Assembly (NCBI GenBank): GCA_964370445.1
Contig: CAYJJK010000002.1
Span: 13,934 to 77,928 of the forward strand
Direction: 5' to 3'
From: an uncultured Oscillospiraceae bacterium
Lineage (GTDB): Bacteria > Bacillota > Clostridia > Oscillospirales > Ruminococcaceae
DNA: 63,995 bases
Position 1 is the first letter of the stretch. Each line of letters starts with the position of its first letter. Below are positions 54,337-63,995 of this stretch, piece after piece. The notes under the pieces are model-generated. The model was not told the origin of the DNA. It ran no database searches and worked only from the letters and a program-made list of their open reading frames with translations. Both the position numbers and the translations under genes were made by a program.

Positions 54337-55515
54337 TTATTGCAACTGTTCTTTCATAATCTGTACGCCTTTTCGAATCTGTTCCTCTGTGGGGGTAGAA
54401 AAGTTAAGCCGCAGCGTTTGGCTGGGCGCGTGTTCATCCACAAAAAAGGCACTTCCTGGCACAATAGCCAATTTGTTTTGTAGGCAGGCACTCACAAAAT
54501 CTGCGGTATTTACATCACTTGGTAAGCTGGCCCATAAAAACATGCCGCCTTTGGGTACCCAATACTGCAACCGTCCGCCCAAATGTGTATCCAGTTCATG
54601 CATCATCAGCTCTGCCTTTTTACGATAAATCTCCTGTATGCGCGTAAGATGCGTTTTTATGTCATACTGCGAAAGAAAACGCTCGCACACACGCTGTCCC
54701 CAAAGGTTTGTGTGCACATCATTGCCTTGTTTTGCCATCACCATTTTAGAAAGCAACTCACTTTGCCCCACACAAAAAGCCACTCGCATACCGGGTGATA
54801 AGATTTTACTGAGTGATGCTGCATACACCACGGCATTTTCCGTATCAAAACTTTTGATAGGCGGTAATCCTTCGCCTTCAAACCGCAGCTCACCATAAGG
54901 GTTATCTTCTAAAATAGGCACACCATACCTTGTGCATAAATCATAGATATTTCGTCTTTTCTCTAGGCTACAAACAGAACCCGTTGGATTTTGGAAGTTG
55001 GGAATGGTATAAAAAAACCTCGGTTTTGGATTTTTAGAGAGTGCCGCTTCCAAAGCTTCAAGATTAACACCGTCCTCCTCCACCGTAACGCCGCGCAAAG
55101 TAACCCCATAGGCACGAAAACTATTCAGCGCCCCAAGAAAAGCCGGGTCTTCCACAGCCACCACATCGCCTTCGTCACACACAAGCCGTGCAAATAAATC
55201 CATCACCTGCTGGCTGCCCGAGCACACTATCACACTGTCGCCTTGTTTGATGATATCAAATTCACGTGATAGATATTTTTTTCCCACTTCAATCAGCGGT
55301 GTATACCCTTCCGTAATAGAATATTGCAAGGTGGCCGCCGGCTCATCTTTCAGCAATTTGTCTGATATAGCACGGATTTCCTCTTGCGGAAATGCGTTTG
55401 TGTCAGGGTTTCCTCCTGCAAAGCTGATCAACGTAGGATCGGCCATTTGCTTAAGCAAACCACGAATGATAGACGGCCGCATCGCCTCGGCCTTATGGCT
55501 ATAGTGAAATGTCAT
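54337..55515 (-). CDS. PLP-dependent aminotransferase, class I/II (2-aminoadipate/aromatic aminotransferase-like)
   Basis: The real start is MTFHYSHKAEAMRPSIIRGLLKQMADPTLISFAGGNPD, behind AAAGGAGA. The PLP lysine region is ASLSKILSPGMRV. Confidence 0.85.
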   Translation of the reverse strand: MTFHYSHKAEAMRPSIIRGLLKQMADPTLISFAGGNPDTNAFPQEEIRAISDKLLKDEPAATLQYSITEGYTPLIEVGKKYLSREFDIIKQGDSVIVCSGSQQVMDLFARLVCDEGDVVAVEDPAFLGALNSFRAYGVTLRGVTVEEDGVNLEALEAALSKNPKPRFFYTIPNFQNPTGSVCSLEKRRNIYDLCTRYGVPILEDNPYGELRFEGEGLPPIKSFDTENAVVYAASLSKILSPGMRVAFCVGQSELLSKMVMAKQGNDVHTNLWGQRVCERFLSQYDIKTHLTRIQEIYRKKAELMMHELDTHLGGRLQYWVPKGGMFLWASLPSDVNTADFVSACLQNKLAIVPGSAFFVDEHAPSQTLRLNFSTPTEEQIRKGVQIMKEQLQ

Positions 55516-55559
55516 AACTGTCTCCTTTATTGGCCCGAAACGCTTCGTGCCGTTTAATT

Positions 55560-56738
55560 TTAGCGCTGGATAGGTGAATATGAACGATCTATTGTGATGT
55601 GACAATGCACAGCCCGTGCTTTGTTTTGCAGGGCTACTTCGGTTTGATGCAAAAGTTCTGCCTCGGTTAAAGGTATGTCATCCGGCATAAAAACATCAAA
55701 AATATAGTTGTCATGCTCTTTGCCCGCAATGAAACGAAAATCATGCAAGCGCAGGCGCATATCTATCGAAGAAAGTGCATCCACTGCACGTTTTCGCGCA
55801 GGATCCAACTTACTCTCTCTTGTCTCAATGGGGTCATAATGCAATGTGAGATGCACATTTTCATTTTTTAAAAAATCACGTTCTATGTTGTCTAAAATGT
55901 CATGGCTGTGCATCACATCCATTTCAGCAGGCATTTCAACATGCGCAGTGGCAAATCGGCGTTTGGGACCATAGTCGTGCACCAACAAATCATGTGTGCC
56001 CAAAACCCCCGGTGCAGCTTCTATTTTTGTTTTTACACTTTGTACAAACTCGGCACTTGGGGCACTGCCCAATAAAGGGTTTAGCGTATCCCGCACCAAT
56101 AAAACACCACTTACCAAAATAAACCCCGCCACCAAAAGCCCCATCCATCCATCTAAATTAAAGCCCGTCACCTCGGCAATCACTGCCGCAAATAGCACTG
56201 CCGAAGTAGAAATCACATCATTTCGGCTATCTGCATACACCGCCTGTAAAGCATTGCTCTCTATTTTAATGCCAATACTTCTGTTAAAAAAAGCCATCCA
56301 TATCTTTAAAAATATACTGCCCAAAAGCACCGCAAAACTCACCATACCAAAATGCACGGGTGTGGGCGACATAATTTTTTGCACACTACTTTGCAAAACA
56401 CCAATCCCGATACTCATAATCAGCACAGCCACAGCCAAGGCTGCAATATACTCGTAGCGTGCATGCCCAAAAGGATGGTCTTTATCTGCCGGGCGCTCGG
56501 CCAGTTTGAACCCCACCAGTGTGATAACAGAACTTGCCGAATCGGCCAAGTTATTCACTGCATCGGCCGCTATGGCAATACTGCCCGACAATACCCCCAC
56601 CAAAAGCTTTGCCCCCACCAACACGATATTGCACAAAAGACACACAATACCGCACATTTTTCCATATGCGCTGCGCACAGCGGGGTTTTCTGTATCTTTG
56701 CTGTTTTTCACAAAAAGACGCGTGAGCAATTTCGTCAT
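55560..56738 (-). CDS. Cation diffusion facilitator family transporter
   Basis: SGSIAIAADAVNNLADSASSVITLVG...DKDHPFGHARYEY, plus a C-terminal cytoplasmic domain. Confidence 0.9.
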   Translation of the reverse strand: MTKLLTRLFVKNSKDTENPAVRSAYGKMCGIVCLLCNIVLVGAKLLVGVLSGSIAIAADAVNNLADSASSVITLVGFKLAERPADKDHPFGHARYEYIAALAVAVLIMSIGIGVLQSSVQKIMSPTPVHFGMVSFAVLLGSIFLKIWMAFFNRSIGIKIESNALQAVYADSRNDVISTSAVLFAAVIAEVTGFNLDGWMGLLVAGFILVSGVLLVRDTLNPLLGSAPSAEFVQSVKTKIEAAPGVLGTHDLLVHDYGPKRRFATAHVEMPAEMDVMHSHDILDNIERDFLKNENVHLTLHYDPIETRESKLDPARKRAVDALSSIDMRLRLHDFRFIAGKEHDNYIFDVFMPDDIPLTEAELLHQTEVALQNKARAVHCHITIDRSYSPIQR

Positions 56739-57000
56739 ACAGGGGTAACTCCTTTCCGGATGGTTTCGTTACAACGGCTACAAGACACCTTGCCACTTTC
56801 GAGAAAGTGGCAAAAATGTTCAGCCAAGGACATGCTTTATATGGGCATATTGTTGGCAAACGGCTTTTGAAAACAAACATAAAAAATGAATTTTATAAAA
56901 TACATTTTAAACATTAGGCCCTTCTTGTGTGGTTTTTCCCTGTTTTGCATGAGCGCAACTCAAGGCCTTGTAACCATAAAAAATGACCTTAAAAAAAACT

Positions 57001-57140
57001 GTCACAAAGCGTAGCTTTGTGACCTGTTTTTTCTTGAAGTACGCAAAAATCACACCTGCTCTTAAACAAAAAGTTTATCCACTTTTTTCAAAATGGCGCA
57101 GTGTGGGGCAAAGCCCCACAAACTTTGCGCTGTAGCCACT
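57001..57140. repeat. Intergenic structured repeat, type B, copy 2
   Basis: GTCACAAAGCGTAGCTTTGTGAC ... CCACTTTTTTCAAAATGG ... TGGGGCAAAGCCCCA ... GCGCTGTAGCCACT. It abuts the nfnB stop codon. Confidence 0.75.
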
Positions 57141-58524
57141 ATTTGCTTAACACTTCATCAATTTGTGCTGCGGCGTCTTTACCGGCACCCATAGCCAAAA
57201 TAACAGTGGCGGCGCCGGTAACAACGTCACCGCCGGCCCACACGTTATCACGTGTGGTTAATCCTTTTTCGTCTTTTGTCACAAGGCAGCCCCACTTGTT
57301 GGCTTCAAGTCCAGGGGTGGTCATGCGAATCAAAGGATTTGGACTGTTGCCAATGGCAATGATCACACCATCCAGTTCGGGATAGAAATCACTGCCCTCA
57401 ATGGCCACCGGGCGTCTACGTCCCGAGGCATCAGCTTCTCCAAGCTCGTTGCGTAGGCAGTGCATTTTCACCACGTTTCCCGCCTCATCACCCACCACTT
57501 CCAGCGGTGTGATGAGGAACTGGAACTGTATTCCTTCCTCTTCAGCATGCTCAATTTCTTCAAGGCGTGCGGGCATTTCATCTCTGGTGCGGCGATAAAA
57601 CACATGCACTTCCTCGGCGCCAAGACGACGTGCACAACGTGCAGCGTCCATAGCCACGTTGCCACCACCAATCACAGCCACACGTTTTGCACGCATCACC
57701 GGGGTATGGCTATCTTCTTTCCACGCACCCATTAGGTTGATGCGGGTCAAAAACTCATTGGCGCTCATCACACCATTCAGGTTTTCGCCCGGGATACCCA
57801 TAAACACGGGAAGGCCAGCACCCGAGCCAATAAACACGGCCTCAAAGCCCATTTCAAACAATTCGTCTACCGTTAACACTTTGCCTATGACCATATTGGT
57901 CACAATTTCAACACCCAGCTCTTTCAGGCCATCAATTTCACGTTGTACAATGGCTTTTGGCAAACGAAACTCGGGTATACCATACACCAGAACCCCGCCT
58001 GTTTTATGCAATGCCTCATAAATAGTAACGGCATACCCTTTTTTGGCAAGCTCGCCTGCCACAGTAAGGCCCGCGGGTCCTGCGCCCACCACAGCTACTT
58101 TGCGTCCGTTCGGGGTCGGTTTTTTTACTTCGGTTTTGCCTTGTTCCATTTTCCAATCAGCCACATAACGCTCTAAGCGGCCAATACCCACAGGCTCATG
58201 CTTGATGCCACGCACACATTTGGCTTCACATTGTGTTTCCTGCGGACACACACGCCCACAAACAGCCGGTAAACTGGTTTGCTCGCTTAAAGATTCGTAG
58301 GCTCCGTTCATATCGTCAGCCGCCATTTTGCCCAAAAACGCCGGGATATCAATGCCCACCGGGCAGCCTGCCACGCAGGGTTTATGTTTACATTGTAGGC
58401 AGCGTGCAGCTTCATTCACTGCCATCTCATGGGTATAACCCAACGCTACTTCGGTAAAATTGCGGCTACGCGCCTCGGCATCTTGTGCCGGCATCTCTGT
58501 TTTTTTCGGTTCCATATTTGGCAT
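57139..58524 (-). CDS. nfnB: NADPH-dependent glutamate-synthase-small-chain-like oxidoreductase (NfnB-type)
   Basis: Two N-terminal [4Fe-4S] Cys clusters (CLQCKHKPCVAGCP, CGRVCPQETQCEAKC), FAD/NAD Rossmann motif VAVVGAGPAGL, VAVIGGGNVAMD. Confidence 0.8.
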   Translation of the reverse strand: MPNMEPKKTEMPAQDAEARSRNFTEVALGYTHEMAVNEAARCLQCKHKPCVAGCPVGIDIPAFLGKMAADDMNGAYESLSEQTSLPAVCGRVCPQETQCEAKCVRGIKHEPVGIGRLERYVADWKMEQGKTEVKKPTPNGRKVAVVGAGPAGLTVAGELAKKGYAVTIYEALHKTGGVLVYGIPEFRLPKAIVQREIDGLKELGVEIVTNMVIGKVLTVDELFEMGFEAVFIGSGAGLPVFMGIPGENLNGVMSANEFLTRINLMGAWKEDSHTPVMRAKRVAVIGGGNVAMDAARCARRLGAEEVHVFYRRTRDEMPARLEEIEHAEEEGIQFQFLITPLEVVGDEAGNVVKMHCLRNELGEADASGRRRPVAIEGSDFYPELDGVIIAIGNSPNPLIRMTTPGLEANKWGCLVTKDEKGLTTRDNVWAGGDVVTGAATVILAMGAGKDAAAQIDEVLSK

Positions 58525-58563
58525 TTATTCTATCCCCTTTTCTCTATTGCTCACCATTGCAGC

Positions 58564-59403
58564 TTACAGTTCTCTATTCATCAAACGGCAACTTTCGTCG
58601 CGCATATGTGTTTCAAAGTTTTTAAATGTGCCGGCGCGGCGCATTGCCTCGTCAAAGTCAATCATGTCACCATCAAATTCGGGGCCATCCACGCAGGCAA
58701 ACTTCACTTCTCCACCCACGGTGAGCCTACATCCGCCACACATGCCCGTGCCGTCTACCATAATGGGGTTCATCGAAACCACACTTTTTACACCATGTTT
58801 TTGGCAAACTGCCACCACAAATTTCATCATAATTAACGGGCCAATAGCAATCACTTCGTCATATTCATTGCCCTCTTCAATCAGCTTTTCTAGCGCCGTT
58901 GTTACAAGGCCTTTTTCGCCATGGCTGCCATCGTCTGTCATCATCATCATCTTTTCACTGGCTGCATTGAACTCATCTTCCAAAATCACAAGATCTTTGT
59001 TTCTAAAACCAACCACGCTGTGCACTGTGCACCCCAGCTCGTGCAGGCTTTTGGCCACGGGATACGCAATGGCACATCCCACGCCGCCGCCCACAACCGC
59101 CACTTTTTTAAGGCCTTCCAGTTCGCTAGCTTTACCAAGCGGCCCCACAAAATCTTGCACACTGTCGCCTTCTTGTAGGCTATCCAGCCGCACTGTACCC
59201 CCACCTACAATCTGGTAAATAATCGTCACTGTACCTTTTTCTCTGTCATAATCTGCAATAGTAAGTGGCAATCTCTCAGATTCATCTGTGGCTCGCACAA
59301 TAATAAACTGGCCTGGCTGCGCTTTTTTCGCAACCAAAGGTGCCTCAATCTCCATCCGGCTTACTGTTGGGTTCAGCGCCTCTTTCTTCACAATTCTATA
59401 CAT
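58564..59403 (-). CDS. nfnA: Ferredoxin-NADP+ reductase-like FAD/[2Fe-2S] subunit (NfnA-type; sulfide/dihydroorotate dehydrogenase-like)
   Basis: MYRIVKKEALNPTVSRMEIEAPLVAKKAQPGQFIIVR, VVGGGVGCA, C-terminal CGGCRL...CVDGPEF. Confidence 0.8.
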   Translation of the reverse strand: MYRIVKKEALNPTVSRMEIEAPLVAKKAQPGQFIIVRATDESERLPLTIADYDREKGTVTIIYQIVGGGTVRLDSLQEGDSVQDFVGPLGKASELEGLKKVAVVGGGVGCAIAYPVAKSLHELGCTVHSVVGFRNKDLVILEDEFNAASEKMMMMTDDGSHGEKGLVTTALEKLIEEGNEYDEVIAIGPLIMMKFVVAVCQKHGVKSVVSMNPIMVDGTGMCGGCRLTVGGEVKFACVDGPEFDGDMIDFDEAMRRAGTFKNFETHMRDESCRLMNREL

Positions 59404-59453
59404 ACTGTCCTCCCATAACGCACTTTTGTCTTTTTAATACCAATATAGAGTTT

Positions 59454-59482
59454 ATTATACACATTTTTGAAATGAAGAGCAA
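59454..59482 (-). promoter_or_regulatory. nfnAB promoter
   Basis: Minus sense: TTGCTC-17 nt-TATAAT, with an upstream TGTG extended -10. Confidence 0.6.
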
Positions 59483-59484
59483 TA

Positions 59485-59546
59485 CCCCGAAACATCTTTT
59501 CTTCGAATGAAAAGGTGTTTCGGGCCCTCCCCATAAAACTTTTATC
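59485..59546 (+). repeat. Intergenic structured repeat, type A, copy 3
   Basis: CCCGAAACATCTTTTC-TTCGAAT-GAAAAGGTGTTTCGGG, then CCCTCCCCATAAAACTTTTATC. Confidence 0.7.
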
Positions 59547-59814
59547 TAAAAACAAGCCTATCCTTCCATTCTCAAATTAAACGCATAGAGCCCCTATTAA
59601 TATGTATATATATCATATTATAAACGACTGTAAAAAATGCAAACCCTGCGTAAAATAAAACTGTAAGCCCCCACATTTTTGTTCTTATCTCCTTGCATGA
59701 TGTTACTTTTTGCACAGACATCCTTTTTCATCCCCTGCATCAAGCATATTCATAAAACAACCCGTTTGTCCGCTTTTCCTAAAATGGTAGAATTTAGGAG
59801 ATAAGCCTACATAT

Positions 59815-59850
59815 AAAGTCCCCTTTTCTTTTTTAAGAAAAGGGGACTTT
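59815..59850. terminator. Hairpin downstream of the sugar-ABC ATPase gene
   Basis: AAAGTCCCCTTTTC-N8-GAAAAGGGGACTTT. The T-run is only on the plus side, so function on the minus strand is uncertain. Confidence 0.5.
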
Positions 59851-59860
59851 ATATACTTTT

Positions 59861-60973
59861 TTAAGAGAAGATTGCCTCTTCGGTTTCTGCATCGAAAAGG
59901 TGCAATTTTTGGGTATCGATGCCCACATGCACCACATTACCGGTTTTGCTTTGTGTGGTGGGTTCCACACGTGCAGTAATCTGTTCGCCATTGTAGCTTA
60001 GATAGAGATATACTTCACTACCCATAAGCTCAGAAACATCCACAGTGGTTTTCAAAACACAATCGGGGTGCTCACGCAGGAAGGTTTCGTCATCGTTAAT
60101 ATCTTCGGGGCGGATGCCAACTTTCACGGTTTTGCCTACATACGCTTCCAATTTTTCCAAAGGCTTTTCGCTGGGGATGGCAAGGGTATCGCCAGCGGGC
60201 AATTTCACTACAAATTGGCCATTCTCCTTTGCCAAGGTAGCGTCCAAAAAGTTCATCTGCGGGGTACCAATAAAGCCAGCCACAAACATATTGCACGGAA
60301 AATCATATAGATTTTGCGGTGTATCCACTTGCTGAATCAACCCGTCTTTCATCACCACAATGCGGTCACCCATGGTCATGGCCTCGGTTTGATCGTGTGT
60401 TACATACACAAATGTGGTACCAAGACGCTGGTGCAATTTGATAAGCTGAGTACGCATGGACGCACGCAATTTTGCATCTAGGTTAGAAAGTGGCTCGTCC
60501 AACAGGAACACGGCCGGGTTGCGCACCATAGCGCGGCCCAAAGCCACACGCTGACGCTGGCCGCCGGAAAGAGCCTTCGGTTTGCGCTCTAAAAGGTGCT
60601 CGATATCCAAAATTTTAGCGGCCTCGTGCACACGGCGCTTAATTTCGTCTTTCGGTGTTTTTCGCAATTCCAGGCCGAAGGCCATGTTTTTAAACACTGT
60701 CATGTGCGGATACAGTGCATAGTTTTGAAACACCATCGCAATATCCCTGTCTTTTGGCGGCACATCGTTCACCATCCGGTCCCCGATAAAAAGCTCGCCC
60801 TTGCTGATTTCTTCAAGGCCTGCAATCATGCGCAAGGTGGTGGATTTTCCGCAACCGGACGGGCCTACCAAAATGATAAACTCCTTGTCTGTCACCTCTA
60901 AATTAAAATCTCTTACCGCGGTAACATCCCCAGGGTAAATTTTATAAATGTGCTGTAGAGAAATACTAGCCAT
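59861..60973 (-). CDS. Sugar ABC transporter ATP-binding protein (MalK/MsmK/UgpC type), orphan
   Basis: GPSGCGKSTTLRMIAGLE, LSGGQRQRVALGRA, LLDEPLSNLD, and a C-terminal TOBE-like domain. Confidence 0.9.
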   Translation of the reverse strand: MASISLQHIYKIYPGDVTAVRDFNLEVTDKEFIILVGPSGCGKSTTLRMIAGLEEISKGELFIGDRMVNDVPPKDRDIAMVFQNYALYPHMTVFKNMAFGLELRKTPKDEIKRRVHEAAKILDIEHLLERKPKALSGGQRQRVALGRAMVRNPAVFLLDEPLSNLDAKLRASMRTQLIKLHQRLGTTFVYVTHDQTEAMTMGDRIVVMKDGLIQQVDTPQNLYDFPCNMFVAGFIGTPQMNFLDATLAKENGQFVVKLPAGDTLAIPSEKPLEKLEAYVGKTVKVGIRPEDINDDETFLREHPDCVLKTTVDVSELMGSEVYLYLSYNGEQITARVEPTTQSKTGNVVHVGIDTQKLHLFDAETEEAIFS

Positions 60974-61118
60974 ACAAATTGGTCTCCTTTTTCACAAAAA
61001 TATTTCATAAAGATTGCTAAAACGGTTGAATTGTCCGCTCTGCTACGTTATTATGTATTATAGTACCACAAAAAAGCAAACTTTTTATAGCATTTTATAG
61101 ACTTGAGGTGTCAATATA

Positions 61119-61919
61119 ATGAGCTTTTCGATTGCGCGGTATTGCAGGCGGGGGGCTGTGCTTCGCAAAGTAGGCGAAGGCGTCTTTGAGCTTGGAGAGG
61201 AAAACGGGCTAAATATTTTTTTATTGCAAGAAGGTATGGTTGCGCTAGAAGAAGACACACGGTATCTTCCCTCAGGCAGTTTGGTGGCCACAAAGCGTCC
61301 CCAGGTGTTTTTTCCTGCGGGCACTTGCATGGTAAACGGGGTTGTGCTGCATGGCAGTATCGCCGACGAATTCAAACAGGAAATGGATGAAAAGTTAATT
61401 ATTTTACCTGGTGCCAACGCAAAACCAATGGAAATATTACACCGTTTGCAAACAGATTTAAGCGTCTCTGAAAACTGCGCCTTAGCCTTTTCTTTAATTT
61501 GTGCCATGACAGAAACACCACGTCGAAAACAAAAATTGCCCGCACTTGTGGTATCGGCTCTAGAGCAGATACACAACCACTATGGCGAGTGGTATGGCAT
61601 AGAAGAGCTGGCAGACGAATTGCATGTCAGCAAAGCCCATTTAATTCGCCGTTTTAAAGCCACCATGGGCATGCCTCCTGGTCGGTATTTAAGCCTTGTG
61701 CGTGTAGAGGCTGCAAAACGACTTTTGCTGGAGGGTATGAATTTAGAGGCTGTATCGGGCCTATGTGGATTTTCTGGCCCCAATTATCTATGTCGAGTAT
61801 TTAAAAAAGAAGTAGGACAAAGCCCCGGAGCCTGGCAAGAGGAAAATATGCGTCCAGTTTCACAAGAAACACCACCCATGTCCAAACCCAGCGATTTAGA
61901 AACACTGATGTATTTATAA
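61119..61919 (+). CDS. AraC-family transcriptional regulator
   Basis: C-terminal HTH: IEELADELHVSKAHLIRRFKATMGMPPGRYLSLVRVEAAKRLL...NYLCRVFKKEVGQSPGAW. Confidence 0.85.
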   Translation: MSFSIARYCRRGAVLRKVGEGVFELGEENGLNIFLLQEGMVALEEDTRYLPSGSLVATKRPQVFFPAGTCMVNGVVLHGSIADEFKQEMDEKLIILPGANAKPMEILHRLQTDLSVSENCALAFSLICAMTETPRRKQKLPALVVSALEQIHNHYGEWYGIEELADELHVSKAHLIRRFKATMGMPPGRYLSLVRVEAAKRLLLEGMNLEAVSGLCGFSGPNYLCRVFKKEVGQSPGAWQEENMRPVSQETPPMSKPSDLETLMYL

Positions 61920-61979
61920 GAGCACAAAGAGGAAGGAAAACCAACACTATATTGTGGCACACACACAAGGAGGTTTTCT

Positions 61980-62261
61980 ATGAAGATTGTACACCAAGAT
62001 GCCCTACGTAGCTTTGTGTATCTGGGCGACGACGAGAAAGAGATTGGACGCATCGATTACAAGGTGGGTACAAAAGGGCGTGTTTTTGCCGTCCACACCG
62101 AAATTGTGCCCGCCTATCAAGGGCAAGGCCTTGCCACCCATTTGCTGGATGCCCTTGTTGCCTGGGCCAAAGACACAGGACAAACCATTGTGCCCGTATG
62201 CTCTTTTTCTAAAAAAATGTTTGATACTCACCCAGACCTCTATAAAGAGGTGCGTGCATAA
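61980..62261 (+). CDS. Small GNAT-like acetyltransferase (YjdJ-type)
   Basis: 93 aa. VHTEIVPAYQGQGLATHLLDALVAWAKDTGQTIVPVCSFSKKMF. Confidence 0.7.
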   Translation: MKIVHQDALRSFVYLGDDEKEIGRIDYKVGTKGRVFAVHTEIVPAYQGQGLATHLLDALVAWAKDTGQTIVPVCSFSKKMFDTHPDLYKEVRA

Positions 62262-62381
62262 TGCTTTTACCACATTCATAAATTATATAGAATAAAGTAA
62301 CTCTCTCCCCTGCTTGCACGCAGGGGATTTTTATACAAATTTTACATGGTACAGCACTTGCAAAATAAAAAATGAGGGTGT

Positions 62382-62777
62382 ATGATTAAATCGTATCCTA
62401 TAAAAAGAAACATGGGTGGCGGTGAAATGGAACATTTAGAGGACAGCAATGCACGGCTTATAGAAGAGCTGAACCTTGTGATTCAAACGGATCGCGAGGC
62501 TGTGGAAATGGTACAAAACGCCTATAAAACCAAATTATCCATAGAGCAAAAAACGGCCGATGAGCGCAAGGCGATTGCAAAAGAAGCGCAAGATGCATGC
62601 CGTGCGCTGGAAGAGCGTTTTGCCAAAGAACAAGAACTGGAGCTGCAAAAGTGGCAAGAGAAAGCCCGCGAAGAGCAGGCCGGTGCGCGCGATGCGCTTA
62701 GAGATGAAATGGAACGCAACAAAGAAAGCTGGCTTAAGGAAATTTATGAGAGCATCCTTTCGCCAAAGCGGGAATAG
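62382..62777 (+). CDS. Coiled-coil protein at the head of the V-type ATPase operon (subunit G/H-like)
   Basis: Charged, helical (EERFAKEQELELQKWQEKAREEQAGARDALRDEMERNK). The start is probably ATG 62427 (MEHLEDS). Function is assigned by position. Confidence 0.4.
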   Translation: MIKSYPIKRNMGGGEMEHLEDSNARLIEELNLVIQTDREAVEMVQNAYKTKLSIEQKTADERKAIAKEAQDACRALEERFAKEQELELQKWQEKAREEQAGARDALRDEMERNKESWLKEIYESILSPKRE

Positions 62778-62780
62778 CCT

Positions 62781-63821
62781 ATGTCTTACGCGATGCAGGC
62801 CATGATTCCAAAAGCGCGGGGCATGTATGCCAAAGCGCTTACCAATGCCGATTATCTTGAAATGATGCGCCGCCGCAGTGTGCCGGAACTTGCGGCCTTT
62901 TTGCGCCGTCATCCCTATTTTGAAGAAAGCCTTGCCACCTTAGCCAGCAACCCACACAGAATACAACTGGAAGAGCTTTTAAATAAAGATACTTTCACAA
63001 AATACGAACAGCTGTGCCACTATTATTTTGATAAAGACCAATTTTCTTATTTTTATGTGGACGAGTGTGAAATGGAGCTTTTGCTGCAGCGTGCATTTCA
63101 GCTTAACGTTGGTATTTTTGGCGAAAACAGCAGTGTGATGCCCGCGCATTTGGTGGGCAAAACCTACACCAACCTATACAAGCTGGGCCATGCCGAAACT
63201 GTGCAAGATATGCTCTCTGCCATGAAAGCCGGGCACAGCCCCTATGCACACATTTTTGCAAACCACCTAAGCCAAGACCCCCATCTTAAGGATTTTCCGC
63301 ATTTAGAGGCACAGATGTGGCGCGAGTATTATCGCATTCTATTTGCGCGTGTTAACGAAATTTTCGAGGGCAGAGAAAAGCAAAACGTGCGGCATTTGTT
63401 TTTGCAACAGGTAGAAAATTTTAACCTGCGCATCACTTACCGCATCAAATGCTCTTTTGGTGCGGTATTCGACGAAGCGGGCATACGCCGCCTTATTTTA
63501 CCCTACCGCCATCGCATATCCACCCATCAAATGGATTCATTGATCCGCGCAAAAAACCGCGACGAATTTTTGCAGGCCTACCGGCGCATTCCCTTTGTGC
63601 CAAAAGAAGTGCCAGAGGAACCAGAGGCTTTTGCCGTTATGGGTGACCGCGTGGTTTTGGCACAGGCAAAGCAAATGCTGCATATGTCTACTTCGCCCGC
63701 AGCAGTGATGGCAGCATTTACCATGCTGGCTCGTTTACAACGAGACAACGTGGTGAATATCATCGAGGGTGTACGTTATGGCATGAAGCCCGAACAAATC
63801 GAACTTTTATTAAGGCGCTAA
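62781..63821 (+). CDS. ntpC: V-type ATP synthase subunit C (V0 d / AC39 family)
   Basis: 346 aa. MIPKARGMYAKALTNADYLEMMRRRSVPELAAFLRRHPYFEESL is typical of this subunit. It is followed by a subunit I start. Confidence 0.6.
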   Translation: MSYAMQAMIPKARGMYAKALTNADYLEMMRRRSVPELAAFLRRHPYFEESLATLASNPHRIQLEELLNKDTFTKYEQLCHYYFDKDQFSYFYVDECEMELLLQRAFQLNVGIFGENSSVMPAHLVGKTYTNLYKLGHAETVQDMLSAMKAGHSPYAHIFANHLSQDPHLKDFPHLEAQMWREYYRILFARVNEIFEGREKQNVRHLFLQQVENFNLRITYRIKCSFGAVFDEAGIRRLILPYRHRISTHQMDSLIRAKNRDEFLQAYRRIPFVPKEVPEEPEAFAVMGDRVVLAQAKQMLHMSTSPAAVMAAFTMLARLQRDNVVNIIEGVRYGMKPEQIELLLRR

Positions 63822-63887
63822 ACTATCAAAAAACACTATAAAACAATGCAAACACGGCGAGAAGAGGCGCCGAGAAAGGCAGGAACT

Positions 63888-63995
63888 ATGGCCGTTGCAC
63901 CCATGAAATATTTAAATGTTTACGGCCCGGAGAAACAGTTGGCAAAAACCATTGGGGTACTTGCCCGCTCCGAGCTGTTTGCGCCAGAAGAAGAT
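63888..63995 (+). CDS. ntpI: V-type ATP synthase subunit I; N-terminal fragment (continues beyond the window)
   Basis: My translation is MAVAPMKYLNVYGPEKQLAKTIGVLARSELFAPEED, which is typical of a subunit I N-terminus. Confidence 0.55.
   Translation, partial: MAVAPMKYLNVYGPEKQLAKTIGVLARSELFAPEED

Noticed and set aside
61085-61576. The 163-aa minus-strand ORF.
   Set aside because: It is fully antisense to the AraC-family gene, which has a clear C-terminal HTH domain and an SD.

Overview
A chromosomal window of about 64 kb that reads like an anaerobic Firmicute of the Clostridia type. That placement is an inference from gene content: a fabT-fabH-acpP-fabK-fabD-fabG-fabF-accB-fabZ-accC-accDA operon in streptococcal/clostridial order, NfnAB, a V-type ATPase, an SPQTG sortase motif and TATACT -10 boxes.

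Layout:
- 1-1.2 kb: RpiR regulator plus a small protein.
- 1.4-16.7 kb: a PBSX-like contractile-tail phage element on the minus strand. It carries holin, M23 lysin, XkdU/T/S/R/Q/P-like baseplate proteins, a 296-aa tape measure, chaperone, tube, sheath, connectors, SPP1-type portal and PBSX-type large terminase, plus an XRE/ImmA switch. It has no integrase, replication, scaffold, major-capsid or tail-fibre genes.
- 17.1-28.6 kb: a GNAT gene plus a complete type II fatty-acid synthesis / acetyl-CoA carboxylase operon. AccD and AccA are fused, and an unexplained 0.85 kb ORF-free spacer lies between fabK and fabD.
- 28.8-31.3 kb: an orphan phage scaffold + major-capsid gene pair with its own XRE regulator.
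- 31.5-35.1 kb: a 1201-aa membrane protein that looks like a catalytically dead P1B-type ATPase behind a long repetitive N-terminus.
- 35.1-64 kb: housekeeping and accessory genes. These are a TrmH methyltransferase, fba, ilvA, a secreted Ser/Thr-rich protein, a nucleoside-type ABC importer without a binding protein, GntR, a chemoreceptor, NhaC, lysS, ruvX, an aminotransferase, a CDF transporter, nfnAB, a sugar-ABC ATPase, AraC, a small GNAT, and the start of a V-type ATPase operon.

No rRNA, tRNA, CRISPR array or transposase was seen.

Most interesting observations:
1. A split phage-particle system. The head-less element and the orphan scaffold/capsid pair flank the essential fab operon.
2. 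The degenerate P-type ATPase.
3. Two tandem paralogous sRNA-like genes of about 290 nt at 53.4-54.3 kb that show compensatory base changes.
4. A family of structured intergenic repeats.
5. The non-coding spacer inside the fab operon.

All family assignments come from reading the translations, not from database searches.
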